Shown: piece by piece, positions 62,721 through 64,000 of the stretch
Position numbering within the stretch: the first letter of the stretch is position 1
Layout: the number at the start of each line of letters is the position of its first letter
Source of the DNA: Heterodontus francisci
Lineage: Eukaryota
Length of the DNA: 64,000 nucleotides
Assembly: GCF_036365525.1 (NCBI RefSeq)
Contig: NC_090387.1
Coordinates: 76,693,300-76,757,299, forward strand
Direction: 5' to 3'
Made by a program: the position numbers and the translations under genes
Notes under the pieces: model-generated
Database searches by the model: none
The model's input: the letters and a program-made list of their open reading frames with translations, nothing else
What the model was told of the DNA's origin: nothing

Positions 62721-64000
62721 AGGCGTTTTGTAAATATATTAAAGACAAGAGGACAACTAGTTTAAGAGTAGTGCCCATTATGTACCAACGTGACAATCTG
62801 TGCGTGGAGCTGGAGGATGTAGGTGAGGTTTTAAATGATTACGTTTCATCTGTGTTCACTATGGAGAAGGACAACGTAGGTGTAGAGATCAGGGAGAGGG
62901 ATAGTAATATATTCGAACAAATTAGAATTGAAAGGGAGGAGGTATTATTGGTTTTAGCGGGCATAAAAGTGGATAAATCCCCAGTCCCAGATGAGATGTA
63001 TCACAGGCTGTTATGTGAGGCAAAGGAGGAGAGAAGCGCGGCTCAGACACACATTTTCAAATCCTCTCTGGCCAAAGGAGAGGTGCCAGACGACTGGAGG
63101 ACAGTGAATATGGTACCATTATTCAAGAAGGGTTGCAGGGATAAACCAGGTAATTACAGGCTGGTGAATCTAACATCAGTGGTAGGAAAACTATTGGAAA
63201 AAAATCTGAGGGACAGGATTAATCTCCAGTTGGAGAGGCAGGGATTAATCAAGGATAGTCAGCATGGATGTGTCAGGGGGAGATCGTGTCTAACAAACTT
63301 GATTGAACTTTTTAGAGGAGGTGAATAGACGTGCAGATGAGGGTAAAGCAGTTGATGTAGTCTGCATGGACTTCAGTAAGGCTTTTGACAAGGTCCTGCA
63401 GGGGAGATTGGTTAGGAAGGTAAAAGCGCATGGGATCAAGGGCAATTTGGCAAATTGGATCCAAAACTGACTTGTGGCAGGAGGCCAGGTGATGGTCGGG
63501 GGTTGTTTTTGTGAATGGAAGCCTGTGATCAGTGGTATACCACAGGGATCCGTGCTGGGACACTTGCAGTTTGTAGTGTACATTAATGATTTAGACATGA
63601 ATATAGGAGGTATGATCAGTAAGTTTGCAGATGAGACAAACATTGATGGTGTCGTAAATAGTGAGGAGGACGATGCAGATGGGCTGGGGATGTGCAGAGC
63701 AGTGGCAAATGGAACTTAATCCTGAGAGGTGTGAGATGATGCAATTTGGGAGAATTAACAAGGTAAGGGAATATACAATGGGTGGTAGGACCCGAGGATG
63801 TACAGAGGCTCAGAGGGATCTTGGTGTACTTGTCCATGCATCACTGAAGGCAGCAGCACAGATAGATAAGGTGGTAAGGAAGGCATATGGAATACTGGCC
63901 TTTATTAGCATTGAATATAAGAATTGGGAGGTTATGATGGAGCTGTGTAAAATGCTAGTACTGTGTACAGTTCTACTGTGTACAGCACACTATAGAAAGA
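62720..64000 (+). mobile_element. CR1 RT fragment (runs off the window)
   Basis: GNYRLVNLTS, QHG, GIPQGSVLG, FADE. Confidence 0.9.

Overview
Repeat-dense vertebrate genomic DNA. The tRNA-headed V-SINE (HE1-like), CR1 (HER1-like), RTE and Neptune-type Penelope families point to a cartilaginous fish (shark); this is an inference. Most of the window is transposable elements, often nested: RTE LINEs (one full-length with an intact 1063-aa ORF, one 5'-inverted, one truncated), many CR1 copies, a second CR1-group LINE with a tRNA-derived head, eight V-SINEs, Gypsy remnants and solo LTRs, and several Penelope-like elements carrying minimal hammerhead ribozymes. No intact host gene was found. Decayed exons of at least two immunoglobulin-superfamily receptor genes (leader, V-set with a J-like motif, C1-set) lie on the + strand, and one C1 exon is split by a ~8.9 kb nest of elements. 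The most unusual structure is a TSD-flanked palindromic array of 245-bp hammerhead-containing units at 38.8-39.9 kb that looks like a Penelope-derived retrozyme. All calls were made by eye, and boundaries of old repeats are approximate.
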